A stretch of 31,368 nucleotides of DNA from Macrostomum lignano (GCA_002269645.1 NIVC01004921.1:1-31368), one strand, 5' to 3'. Counted from the first letter of the stretch, positions 12,100 to 22,919 are shown. A program made the numbers and translations. Notes: generated from the letters alone by a model not told the origin.

Positions 12100-12186
12100 T
12101 TAATTAAAAAAACTCTACTCTCTAAAAATTCGAACCATCGTCCCTGCATTTAGCAGTTTAGTCTGTTTACCTCTAGGCTAGCTCTC
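12100..12186 (-). pseudogene. tRNA-derived Pol III module, copy B
   Basis: Minus strand reads TAGCCTAGAG (12171-12180, identical to copy C), CTGCTAA, GGTTCGAAT (12128-12136), then a T7 run at 12106-12112. Confidence 0.55.
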
Positions 12187-12221
12187 ATGAATTTTAGTCA
12201 TTACCCCTAAATAGAAAATAT

Positions 12222-12440
12222 TCCCAAGACAGCAAGCATACCCCCAGTAGCAAGCATCCCCTAATACTCCTAGCAAGCATCTACCCAGATAGCAAGCATC
12301 TGCAGATAGCAAGCATCTTGCAGATAGCAAGCATCTTGCAGATAGCAAGCATACCCCAAATAATGTAGAAGCATCCTTCCAGATAGCAAGCATCCTGCAC
12401 ATAGCAAGAATCCCTAAATAGCAAGCATCCCTGGATAGAA
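12222..12440. repeat. Degenerate CAGATAGCAAGCAT minisatellite, same family as 4846-5396
   Basis: Both arrays open with the same variant CCCAAGACAGCAAGCAT. Confidence 0.88.
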
Positions 12441-12463
12441 ATAATCCTATACATGTAGCCAAG

Positions 12464-14044
12464 CTTATCAAGCGCAGTAATCCTTGGCTATCGAGTGCAG
12501 TAATCCTTGGTTTATTAATAGCAATAATCCATGGCTTATCGAGTGCAGTAATCCTTGGTTTATTAATAGCAATAATCCTTGGCTTATCGAGTGCAGTAAT
12601 TCATGGTTTATTAATAGCAATAATCCTTGGCTTATCGAGTGCAGTAATCCTTGGTTTATTAATAGCAATAATCCATGCCTTATCGAGTGCAGTAATCCTT
12701 GGTTTGCCAAGAGCAATAGTCCTTGGCTTATCGAGTGCAGTAATCCTTGGTTTGCCAAGTGCATAATCCTTGGTTTATTAATAGCAATAATCCTTGGTTT
12801 ATCGAGTGCAGTAATCCTTGGTTTATTAATAGCAATAATCCTTGGCTTATCGAGTGCAGTAATCCTTGGTTTATTAATAGCAATAATCCATGGCTTATCG
12901 AGTGCAGTAATCCTTGGTTTGCCAAGAGCAATAGTCCTTGGCTTATCGAGTGCAGTAATCCTTGGTTTGCCAAGAGCAATAGTCCTTGGTTTATTGAGTG
13001 CAGTAATCCTTGGTTTATTAATAGCAATAATCCTTGGCTTATCGAGTGCAGTAATCCTTGGTTTGCCAAGTGCATAATCCTTGGTTTATTAATAGCAATA
13101 ATCCTTGGCTTATCGAGTGCAGTAATCCTTGGTTTATTAATAGCAATAATCCTTGGTTTATCGAGTGCATTAATCCTTGGTTTATTAATAGCAATAATCC
13201 TTGGCTTATCGAGTGCAGTAATCCTTGGTTTATTAATAGCAATAATCCTTGGCTTATCGAGTGCAGTAATCCTTGGTTTGCCAAGAGCAATAGTCCTTGG
13301 TTTTTTGAGTGCAGTAATCCTTGGTTTATTAATAGCAATAGTCCTTGGTTTATTGAGTGCAGTAATGCTTGGTTTATTAATAGCAATAATCCTTGGCTTA
13401 TCGATTGCAGTAATCCTTGGTTTGCCAAGTGCATAATCCTTGGTTTATTAATAGCAATAATCCTTGGTTTATCGAGTGCAGTAATCCTTAGTTTATTAAT
13501 AGCAATAATCCTTGGCTTATCGAGTGCAGTAATCCTTGGTTTATTAATAGCAATAATCCATGGCTTATCGAGTGCAGTAATCCTTGGTTTGCCAAGAGCA
13601 ATAGTCCTTGGTTAAGTGCAGTAATCCTTGGTTTAATAGCAATAGTCCTTGGCTTATCGAGTGCAGTAATCCTTGGTTTATTAATAGCAATAATCCTTGG
13701 TTTATCGAGTGCAGTAATCCTTGGTTTATTAATAGCAATAATCCTTGGCTTATCGAGTGCAGTAATCCTTGGTTTATTAATAGCAATAATCCATGGCTTA
13801 TGAGTGCAGTAATCCTTGGTTTATTAATAGCAATAATCCTGGCTTATGAGTGCAGTAATCTGGTTTATTAATAGCAATAATCCTTGGCTTATCGAGTGCA
13901 GTAATCCTGGTTTATTAATAGCAATAATCCTGGCTTATCGAGTGCAGTAATCCTTGGTTTAAGAGCAATAATCCTTGGCTTATCGAGTGCAGTATTCCTT
14001 GGTTTGCCAAGAGCAATAATCCTTAGCTTATCGAGTGCAGTAAT
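12464..14044. repeat. 24 bp minisatellite with a 48 bp dimer (ATCCTTGGCTTATCGAGTGCAGTA / ATCCTTGGTTTATTAATAGCAATA)
   Basis: Regular A/B alternation, with minor variants TTGCCAAGAGCAATAG and the 23 bp TTGCCAAGTGCATA. Confidence 0.97.
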
Positions 14045-14081
14045 CTAAGTGTTTTTATTTAGTCCTTTAATAAAAGCTTTT

Positions 14082-14178
14082 AATAAAAAATTTTACACTA
14101 CTACTTTTAAACTACTTAGATTCGAACCCAGGTCGCTGCATTAGCAGTCTGGTCTGCTCAGCTCTAGGCTAGCTCTCA
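14082..14178 (-). pseudogene. tRNA-derived Pol III module, copy C
   Basis: Minus strand reads TAGCCTAGAGCTGAGC (A-box-like), CTGCTAA (Ser-GCU-type anticodon loop, stem unpaired), CCTGGGTTCGAATC (B box 14119-14128), then TTTTTT at 14085-14090. Confidence 0.62.
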
Positions 14179-16583
14179 TCGAAGTTATCAGTGAATTTGT
14201 ACCACTTATATAATTCAACACTCACACCAAGTCAGGTAGAGTAAAAAGTCACGCGAAGCAGTTATGACATAATCAATTTCTTAGGCAAGTCAGTACCAGT
14301 GTCTATGAAAGTTAACAATATGGTTACGTAATATAAATTCAGTACTGCACTATACTTTCACCCTCAAAGCTGTGACGCAATTCAATTGAGTGTCAAATTC
14401 AGCCAGTACACAGAAGATAAATAAAGTGTATTGTGATGCAATCTATTTCAGAATCAGAATTCAACCAGTCAGATTTTTCTCTAGCATTCTTACAATGCAT
14501 TTCAGGTCGAAAGAGCTGCTTGACCTTTGCAAAAAATCATGTTTTTCGAATATTTAATCCCTTTAACATTGAGCAATTTCTTAGCCAATATGCATGTACC
14601 GTCCCGGGAAAATTTCTGATCGAATGGTGCAAGTTTGAAGAAAATCGGTTGAGCCGTTCGGGAGAAAATCAATTACAAGCAAGCAACCAAGCATTTCATT
14701 TTTAGTATATTAGAAGACTTAGAGATTTAGTATATTTAGAAGTGGAGCCCGAGAAACTTATGTACACAAATGATATGTCATTCTGCTCACAGTGCCACCA
14801 GAAAGCTGGGCTTGGCGAAAAAGTGACAAAAAATAGACTTGTAAATAAGTTAGGGACTTTTTTGTCAACTGAAGCTCATAAAGAAGAGTCCCGGGCGGCT
14901 TCACTTTAAAGGGCTTAAGTTGACAAGCCCTTTGTTTTTAGAACCTGATCCTAACTCTTACCTAACTAGAGATACTCGTAAAACTTGACTGTGGGTAGAG
15001 ACTATCCTCAATTATATTGGATTTCACTCTCTTCAAAGAGCGTTGATGGACAAGAAACAAGATAAAGGGTTGTTAACAACACACTATAACAGACTCGATA
15101 TTCAAGTAAATTCAATTGATCGCTATCGGTATAGTGACATTCGAGAGCATTATCTTTGAGCAGATGAGCATAGTTTTGAAGGCACGCCATGGGCTCCACA
15201 TACACACACTGATGGATTTTTTTTCGATTTATTCCCATATAGAGAGGCTGCACAAGGCAGCTTCATCCGCTAGCCTAATTGATATTCCCAGCCTTCCTGT
15301 CCCAGTAACTACTGCAAATCCCACACTATATAGCTGCGACTCTCGCCGAGTTCGATGGGAGAAACTAGGGAGACCCCCTCCCTCCTACAAGCAGCGTTTC
15401 GAACTGTGCGGCAAAATCGATCTAGTGAGCAAATGAACCGTGACGAGATCTGGGAGGTGCAGCGGTGCGCGCGGGACCTTCTTATTCTACTTAAAGAGAG
15501 AAAAGTCAGAGAAGACATAAAGGCCCGTAACAATCATAGAAAATGAGTCAAAGTTTACAGAAAATATAGTAGGACCTAGCTAAATGATGAAATTGCTGCT
15601 CCCAGAAGTCTGCTGCGCCACAGGACTTTTTACCGTAGACAAACTTTTTTGCTTGATTTTTGCGCTCTATGAATACATTGAACGCTTGCAGTGCCAACAG
15701 ATTGCCAACAAAACTATTTAATCCACACGTTTTACTACGTGTTATATATATATTATTTACAGCCAGTCCCTGATGCTAAATTACAGAGTACCGCAGCGTG
15801 TGTATGAGTGCGAAATGGGCAGAATTGCCCCAGCGCTGGTTGAGATGATGTCGCCGAAGCCCTCCCGTAAATACACTTTACGTGTTTACCGTAAGTGAAC
15901 ACGGTAACTTACCGTTAACTTACGCTGTACACCGTAAATACAATATTTATCTATTAAGTAGAAATTTTAATTTCTTTAGACCTAACAGTGGATGCAGGGG
16001 CTTGTAGATGGTTGGAAAAAAACTTATACTATATATCATTCCTGTGATTAAGGGCGATGGTACAGCAATGACAATATACCTATGCTGATTTTCCATTACC
16101 CTTTAAGACATGGGACAGAATTAATTGCATATAGGCAACCAAGAAAATTTTTAGGATTTTTTTCCACCAGAGAAGCAATAAAAAAGCATAAGCCTCCATC
16201 TGTAGCCACTTCGGACTAAACTGGGAACATAAAGCGTCAAGTAAGATAGAAATTTATGACGGGTAAAAAGCTGCGCGAAGATATTTTGCTTCGCCTTAGG
16301 AGGTCATAATAATCCTGCTGAAGACCTATCCAATGCTGTCATGACCCCTACCGCGAAGAAATAATAAAAAAGTATTCATCGTTTCTGCATCAGCATTGCA
16401 ATATTCAACTTTTTTAAACCGAATTCCCACTGATCGCTACAAACGGGGAAGAATGGGTTGTTTGATAAAACCCCCAGGTGTGCAAGAGCAGGCATTGTCG
16501 AAACTCTCCCATTCGCTCTTAGGAAAAATTTTTCTGAATAAATTTTGCATAAATTCCCTCATAACAATCTAATAACCTAATAA

Positions 16584-16625
16584 TCCTGCCTATATACTAA
16601 AAAATGGTTTGTCGGTAGCTATACA
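16584..16625 (+). mobile_element. 5' terminus of a third Helitron-like element (E3) of the E1/E2 family, in opposite orientation
   Basis: A|TCCTGCCTATATACTAAAAAATGGTTTGTCGGTAGCTAT matches the E1 start TCCCATATACTAAAAATGAAATGTCTGTAGCTAT. A possible 3' CTAG|T lies at 17833-17837 but has no clear hairpin. Confidence 0.55.
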
Positions 16626-16724
16626 ATGGAATAAAAAAACGGATAAAACGATTTTCATCATGATTTCATGTCATTTTCATGTAATTTTATCTTATTTTTA
16701 AAGAGATTCCTGTGTTTTTTGTCG

Positions 16725-17450
16725 GATTGCGCTTGGGGAAGTTGACCCCGCTAATATTGTGCTTGGGGAGGACATGCCCCCCTAATAGTTTTGCTACGGG
16801 AGGCGACGTACCCCTTAATATTGTTGCTTGGGAGGACATGACCCCGCTAAGATTGTGCTTGGGAGGACATGACTCCGCTAAGATTGTGCTTGGGGAGGAC
16901 ATGACTCCACTAATATTGTGCTTGGGAGGACATGACTCCGCTAATATTGTTCTTGGGAGGACATGACCCCGCTAAGATTGTGCTTGGGAGGACATGACCC
17001 CGCTAAGATTGTGCTTGGGAGACATGACTCCGCTAAGATTGTGCTTGGGGAGGACATGACTCCGCTAATATTGTGCTTGGGGAGGACATGACTCCGCTAA
17101 TATTGTGCTTGGGGAGGACATGACTCCGCTAATATTGTGCTTGGGGAGGACATGACTCCGCTAATATTGTGCTTGGGGAGGACATGACTCCGCTAATATT
17201 GTGCTTGGGAGGACATGACTCCGCTAATATTGTGCTTGGGAGGACATGACTCCGCTAATATTGTGCTTGGGGAGGACATGACTCCGCTAAGATTGTGCTT
17301 TGGGATGACATGACCCCGCTAATATTGTGCTAGGGATGACATGACCCCGCTAATATTGTGCTTGGGGAGGACATGACCCCGCTAATATTGTGCTTGGGAT
17401 GACATGACCCCGCTAATATTGTGCTTGGGAGGACTTGATCTCAATAATAC
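16725..17450. repeat. 31-33 bp minisatellite GACATGAC(T/C)CCGCTAA(T/G)ATTGTGCTTGGG(G)AG
   Basis: About 22 units; measured period is 32 bp (17041 to 17073). Confidence 0.96.
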
Positions 17451-18364
17451 TGTGCCCTAATCCTTAATCTGAAAGGTCAAGACTCCATTAATCCAACGGA
17501 GCATCGGTTCTGCCTAATAATTGCATCGCTGCAGAGTTTGAGTGCAATCTCATTAACCGCGCACACGTGGCCCTAAGGGTCAAATGCTGAGCAAACTGAG
17601 TAGAGAAGAGAGGGGAATAGGGAAGGAGAGAGAGGGGGAATGAGGATTTGCTTTCATAGCCACGAGAGGAATTTTTTCCCTTCGGGTCGGGTCGGGGCCC
17701 TACTGGGTTACATAATATGCAATAGAAAGGTATGAAAGAGGCATTTGGCCCGTCTCGTGGTATAAAGAAGACTGAAAGCGGAATTTTAAAAGCAGAGTGC
17801 AGCACAAGCACAGAGCGGAGGAAGCAGCCTAGCTAGTGGATTTCACCCGCTGATTGACACCTGAGAATTCATTAAAACCCCCTCCCCCAACCCATTCACC
17901 CATTTCTTCTGCTTCTGCTTGCGGCTTCCTGGCCGAAACAGCAGCAATCTTTACTACACTTTGCTGGGCATATAAAATCAGAGAGAAACGAAAGGCTTTG
18001 AAATGTATACACTGGTATGGCGAAATATGTATTTAGCAATAACCGTAGGAAACTATTGCATGAGAATAAGCAAAGGGGCATAACGGTGCCAACAAACACA
18101 GAACGATACATTTCTTATGCTTTTATAAAACATGGAACCGAAAGCGCTGCGGGTGCTTCAACAACAAAATCATTGCAGTGAAAAAGCAGACTTGTTGCAG
18201 AAATCTCTAATATTACATGTATATAACTATCTAGTTGCCGTGAAAAATGACTGAATTTTGTGTCACCAATTAGCATTGTGAATCCAAGGAGAAGTACAGG
18301 CACTAGATTGATTAATAGAGAGATACACGTGGCTACGTACTACTGTGTCTAACTGCGTTACAAC

Positions 18365-19140
18365 CGGGTTTCATATCTGGATCAAGCTGGGTCACACCAG
18401 AGTTTCATATCTGGGTCAAACTGGGTCACACCAGGCTTCATATCTGAGTCAAGCTGGGTCACACCAGGCTTCATATCTGAGTCAAACTGGGTCACACCAG
18501 GGTTTCATATCTTAGTCAAGCTGGGTCACACCAGGGTTTCATATCTAAGTCAAGCTGGGTCACACCAGGCTTCATATCTGAGTCAAGCTGGGTCACACCA
18601 GGCTTCATATCTGGGTCAAACTGGGTCACACCAGGGTTTCATATCTTAGTCAAGCTGGGTCACACCAGGGTTTCATATCTTAGTCAAGCTGGGTCACACC
18701 AGGCTTCATATCTGAGTCAAGCTGGGTCACACCAGGCTTCATATCTGGGTCAAACTGGGTCACACCAGGGTTTCATATCTTAGTCAAGCTGGGTCACACC
18801 AGGGTTTCATATCTTAGTCAAGCTGGGTCACACCAGAGTTTCATATCTGGGTCAAACTGGGTCACGCCAAAATTTCATATCTGGGTCAAGCCGGGTCATA
18901 CTAGGGTTTCATATCTGGGTCAAGCTGGGTCACACCAGAGTTTCATATCTGGGTCAAACTGGGTCACACCAGAGTTTCATATCTGGGTCAAACTGGGTCA
19001 CACCAGAGTTTCATATCTGGGTCAAACTGGGTCACACCAGAGTTTCATATCTGGGTCAAACTGGGTCACGCCAAAATTTCATATCTGGGTCAAGCCGGGT
19101 CATACTAGGGTTTCATATCTGGGTCAAGCTGGGTCACACC
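18365..19140. repeat. 33-34 bp minisatellite CTGGGTCACACCAG(G/A)GTTTCATATCTGGGTCAA(G/A)
   Basis: About 23 units, starting about 42 nt past the stop codon of the LDLa gene. Confidence 0.96.
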
Positions 19141-19181
19141 TAATTTTTCAACGTGGGTCAACAATAAGTCACGGCCGAAGG

Positions 19182-19695
19182 TCACTCCAAGGTGAGCAGA
19201 GCTGATTGCAGTGAGCTGCACAACGCCGCCAGAGCGAGCAGCAGGCAGGCGGGGCAGCCACTCAACACAGCTGACCGGTTTGGTCGCCAAATGCCGTCGC
19301 TAAACAAACCCGAAGCTTCGCCGTTGTCATAGCGACAATCGGCTTCATCTGACGAGATTAATGAAGTAGAATTGCTTCTCCGAGTGCCGCTGCTATTGCT
19401 GCCTCTGTTGCTGTTAAAGCAGTCGTCCAGTCCGTTGCAGCGGTGCGTGCTGTACACGCATTCCAGACTGCTGCCGCCGCCGCACCAGAAGCCACCGCGA
19501 CTCTCGCAGAGGAAGGCCCGCTCAGCGGCGGTGGACACGTCGGCTCTGAACTCTGCGTAGACGTGAACGGAGATTCGGGTCACGAAAGGCGAGGACGCTG
19601 GAGACGGTGGCGACGGCGAGAGGGCCACGGAGGCTCCGTCGCTGCCTTTGCCGGGACGGTCCGGCGCAGTGCGGTGCCAGGTGAGGCTGGTGAAT
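19182..19695 (-). CDS. Last exon of a secreted LDL-receptor class A (LDLa) domain protein with a hydrophobic C-terminus (possible GPI-anchor signal)
   Basis: Polypyrimidine tract then CCTCTGCAG|A acceptor at 19696/19695. The frame reads FTSLTW...AFLCESRGGFWC...LECVYSTHRCNGLDDC...SDEADC (six Cys plus the DC/SDE signature) and ends CPACLLLALAALCSSLQSALLTLE*. Codons are mostly C/G-ending. Confidence 0.8.
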
Positions 19696-19794
19696 CTGCA
19701 GAGGCAGGGGGAGGCGCGATGGAGGGTAGAATACAGAAAGACAATGCAGAAAGTATTTCAAGGTGACAGTTTGTTGGAGCTACTGAGTTTGACA

Positions 19795-20135
19795 AAGGAT
19801 TTGTGTGAATGCTAATTAGGATTTATGTGAATGCTAAGCAGGATTTGTGTGAATGCTAAGTACGATTTATGTGAATGCTCAGCAGGATTTGTGTGAATGC
19901 TAAGCAGGATTTGTGTGAATGCTAAGCAGGATTTGCGTGAATGCCAAGTAGGATTTGCGTGAATACCAAGTAGGATTTGCGTGAATTCCAAGCAGGATTT
20001 GTGTGAATGCCAAGTAGGATTTGCGTGAATGCCAAGCAGGATTTGCGTGAATGCTAAGTAGGATTTGTGAATGCCAAGCAGGATTTGCGTGAATGCCAAG
20101 CAGGATTTGCGTGAATGCCAAGCAGGATTTGTGTG
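19795..20135. repeat. 22 bp intronic minisatellite GCAGGATTTG(C/T)GTGAATGC(C/T)AA
   Basis: About 15 units inside the 19696-20251 intron. Confidence 0.95.
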
Positions 20136-20251
20136 AAGCAGGATTGCTTCAATGGATCAGGCATTTGCCAAGTTTGTAATGCCAAGCGTGAGCCGCAGGG
20201 TTTGCGTGAATGCCAAGCTACCAAAACTTGCGCAGCCAGAACCAGCCTCAC

Positions 20252-20482
20252 CTGTACAGCCGAGAGCCGCCAGCTGTTGTTGCACAACAGGAAGGCGTCA
20301 AGCAGAGTCTCGTCCGGATTGGCGTCCGCTCCTAGGAGCAGACTCTGGTCCAAGCAGCGAAGCCGGCTGGCAGCGCCGCGGCAGCGGGGATGGCCGGCCG
20401 GGAGCAGGTAGAAATTCACCACCGCGGCAGACAATAGAAGCGGCAGTAGAAGCAATAAAAGCAGCAACAGACAGGGCGGCAT
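20252..20482 (-). CDS. First coding exon of the LDLa protein (signal peptide plus start of the ectodomain, 77 codons)
   Basis: MPPCLLLLLLLLLPLLLSAAVV is signal-peptide-like, with GC3-rich codons and a strong CAG|GTGAGG donor at 20252/20251. Confidence 0.75.
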
Positions 20483-21716
20483 TCCGACGCTTCTGTTGAC
20501 TTTGCTTAGTTATAAGCTGTCGGCATTGCTCAGTGCTCTGCTCACACTAAGCATATTGTATATATATGTCTCTGCAGGCATACAGTAAGCCAGGCTAACA
20601 ACTATCTCGAATGTAGTGTTCCGTGTTTTTTGGCAGACGGAGCTTTTCACGCTGCTAAATAACAGGCTTGGGGAGGGGGGGCATTAGATTTGATGGCCAC
20701 ACAATGCCGAGTGATTTATACCCTACACCCAACATAAGCGAATGGGCCACTGCCTCTGCCCGGCCAATAGGGAGGCTGGTAGCCAGCCCCGGCTAACGGA
20801 ATCCCAACTCCGCCTCTTCCTGTGTACTCGTAGAAGCGAAAATGGGAGGGGAAACTGCCGCAGCCTTTATTATTGCCGCTGGGAAACGGATGGCCGGGAC
20901 GAAAACTGATGAAGGGGTCAAAAAGAGGGAGAAGAGAGATGAGGCAGCCTGGCCAGAGGATCTGGGATCGGGAACAGACAGACATACGGAAAGTGATGGA
21001 GAAAATGGAGGCTGAGAGGCCGAGCCACCAATCACTCAGCCGAGGCGATGCGCACACAACAAGCGCGCAGACACAGCCTGGGCTAGGCCCGGAGGTCTCG
21101 GCATCACTCAATGGACAACTGGCACGCGGGCCCTGATAGCAGCAAGGGTATGCAATTGGGGGAACTGAAGCGGGAGGGGAGCAGCAGAGCCTTGCGGCCA
21201 TTCCACTCTGGGGATAGTTGCAGACTGCTAGCTTAGCAGACTGGTTAGTTGGCAAATGGCGACAGGGCGATGAACGGCGAGATAATAATAATAAACAAAC
21301 CCGGCCCAAATTTATCAGCCAAGTTTATTCTTCATTATGTAGGCTGAGAGACTTTAGGTCGTGTCACAAGAGAGCAAGAAACCGGACACAAGAGCATCAC
21401 AATTAATGCAATTTACTACTGAAGCAGTCAAGCAGGTGAAGTGGAGTTTGTCCAAACTCAAAATCACCAACTCAGAGTTCTGGAGACTTATTGACTATTG
21501 ATTTTGCATTGAATTGTACTCGACTGACCCGCCCTTTAGACGAATGTACTGCTCATTCCTTATTCCTTATATCACTGTTTTTTTCGGTTGATTTCTTAAA
21601 GTATACGAGCCCTGAATATGTCATAGTGATAATAATAATAATCGCGACAGGAGCGATGTTTAGGACAGAGGCAGACAGTTGCGCGCTCATGGCACATGCA
21701 CCGATCCTCATTGCGG

Positions 21717-22163
21717 CTTGTGGTACTATGGCCTGACTTCTTTGCACGCTTGTGGCAATATGGCCTGACTTCTTTGCACCGCTTGTGGCAATATGGCCTG
21801 ACTTCTTTGCACGCTTGTGGCAATATGACCTGATTTCATTGCACGCTTGTGGCAATATGACCTGATTTCTTTCCACGCTTGTGGCAATATGGCCTGATTT
21901 CATTGCACGCTTGTGGCAATATGGCCTGATTTCATTGCGCTTGTGGCAATATGGCCTGATTTCTTTCCACGCTTGTGGCAATATGGCCTGATTTCTTTGA
22001 CGCTTGTGGCAATATGGCCTGATTTCTTTGACGCTTGTGGCAATATGGCCTGATTTCATTGCACGCTTGTGGCAATATGGCCTGATTCATTGCACGCTTG
22101 TGGCACTATGGCCTGATTTCCTTGCGCGCTTGTGGCACTATGGCCTGATTTACTTGCGCGCTT
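21717..22163. repeat. ~31-32 bp minisatellite GCTTGTGGCAATATGGCCTGA(T/C)TTC(A/T)TTGCAC
   Basis: About 14 units. Confidence 0.95.
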
Positions 22164-22918
22164 CTGATTCTCCTTGAACTTAAATGTCTTCTCCTTCATC
22201 AAGGCTTATAGACTCAAAGCGGCCCCACCTTATAGATATGTTTTCTGAGTCCAGACCGCCAGAGTTCTCTAGTTGAAAAAACTTTCCTTTACTGCTAAAG
22301 CAGAATAAGAAGACGAGAGAAATATGCAGACAGGAAGGAGTGCAGGAAGGAGCAAGCAATAAAATAGGGACTGTAGTCTAGGTCGAAATTCTATCGAATG
22401 CCGAGCTGGCTGCCACAGCCAAGGCACGTCAGGAAGTAGGGGGATCGAGATGAAGCAGACGCTACGAGTCGTGCCTGGAACTAGCCCAGCAGAGAAACCT
22501 GCGGGGAATGAAAAAAGCGACAGGAAAGTGAAGGGGAGAGAAAGGGAAGGAGTTCGGAGAGGCTGGGTAAGAAGAGTTGCAGCATCATCAGTATTAGCCG
22601 CAAAAAAACTTCAAGCTCGACTCCTCATCAATTTTAACCGAGACACAGGGACGACACGCCGAGGCATTGAGCTCAGGAGCAGAAGCAGCTGGGAGACGGG
22701 ATTAGAGTCAGTCAGCTTTGGAGATCCCAGCATACTTTGATAATAATAAATGACGCATTGTAAAGCCGAGGGGATTCCAAGCCAAACAGCCGATTACCTA
22801 ACAGCCGGACGCAAGCACGGGCTGGCAGAATGGATCAGGATGGAGAGATGCCATCCAGATTATGCAAGAGAGGCATGAGGGAGACGCGAGTAAGTGGCCA
22901 GTGCATGAGATCGTCACG

Positions 22919-22919
<1 letters not shown>

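Larger units (their letters stand above)
9596..14717 (-). mobile_element. Non-autonomous Helitron-like element E2, joined head-to-tail to E1
   Basis: 3' end is a hairpin (plus 9609-9625 TGCCCCC-TTC-GGGAGCA), 9 nt, then CTAG (9596-9599) directly followed by the TC start of E1. The 5' end TCT(TCT)AATATACTAAAAATGAAATG lies at ~14714-14717. The core ~14075-14714 aligns by eye with ~9040-9595 and is nearly identical over ~9360-9545 vs ~14470-14655. Confidence 0.68.

Noticed and set aside
12468-13871. NQGLL/NNPW/ILGL-repeat ORFs resembling LRR or membrane proteins
   Set aside because: They are products of the 24 bp repeat, open in several frames and on both strands, and broken by 23 bp units.
14082-14178. 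Functional tRNA-Ser(GCU) gene
   Set aside because: The anticodon and acceptor stems do not pair; kept only as a tRNA-derived relic.
14908-14940. Bacterial intrinsic terminator or horizontally acquired bacterial DNA
   Set aside because: A single hairpin plus T-run with no intact bacterial-style ORF or RBS is insufficient.
4029-22163. CRISPR-like regularly spaced repeats
   Set aside because: All arrays are contiguous tandem units without unique spacers; there are no cas genes and the context is eukaryotic.
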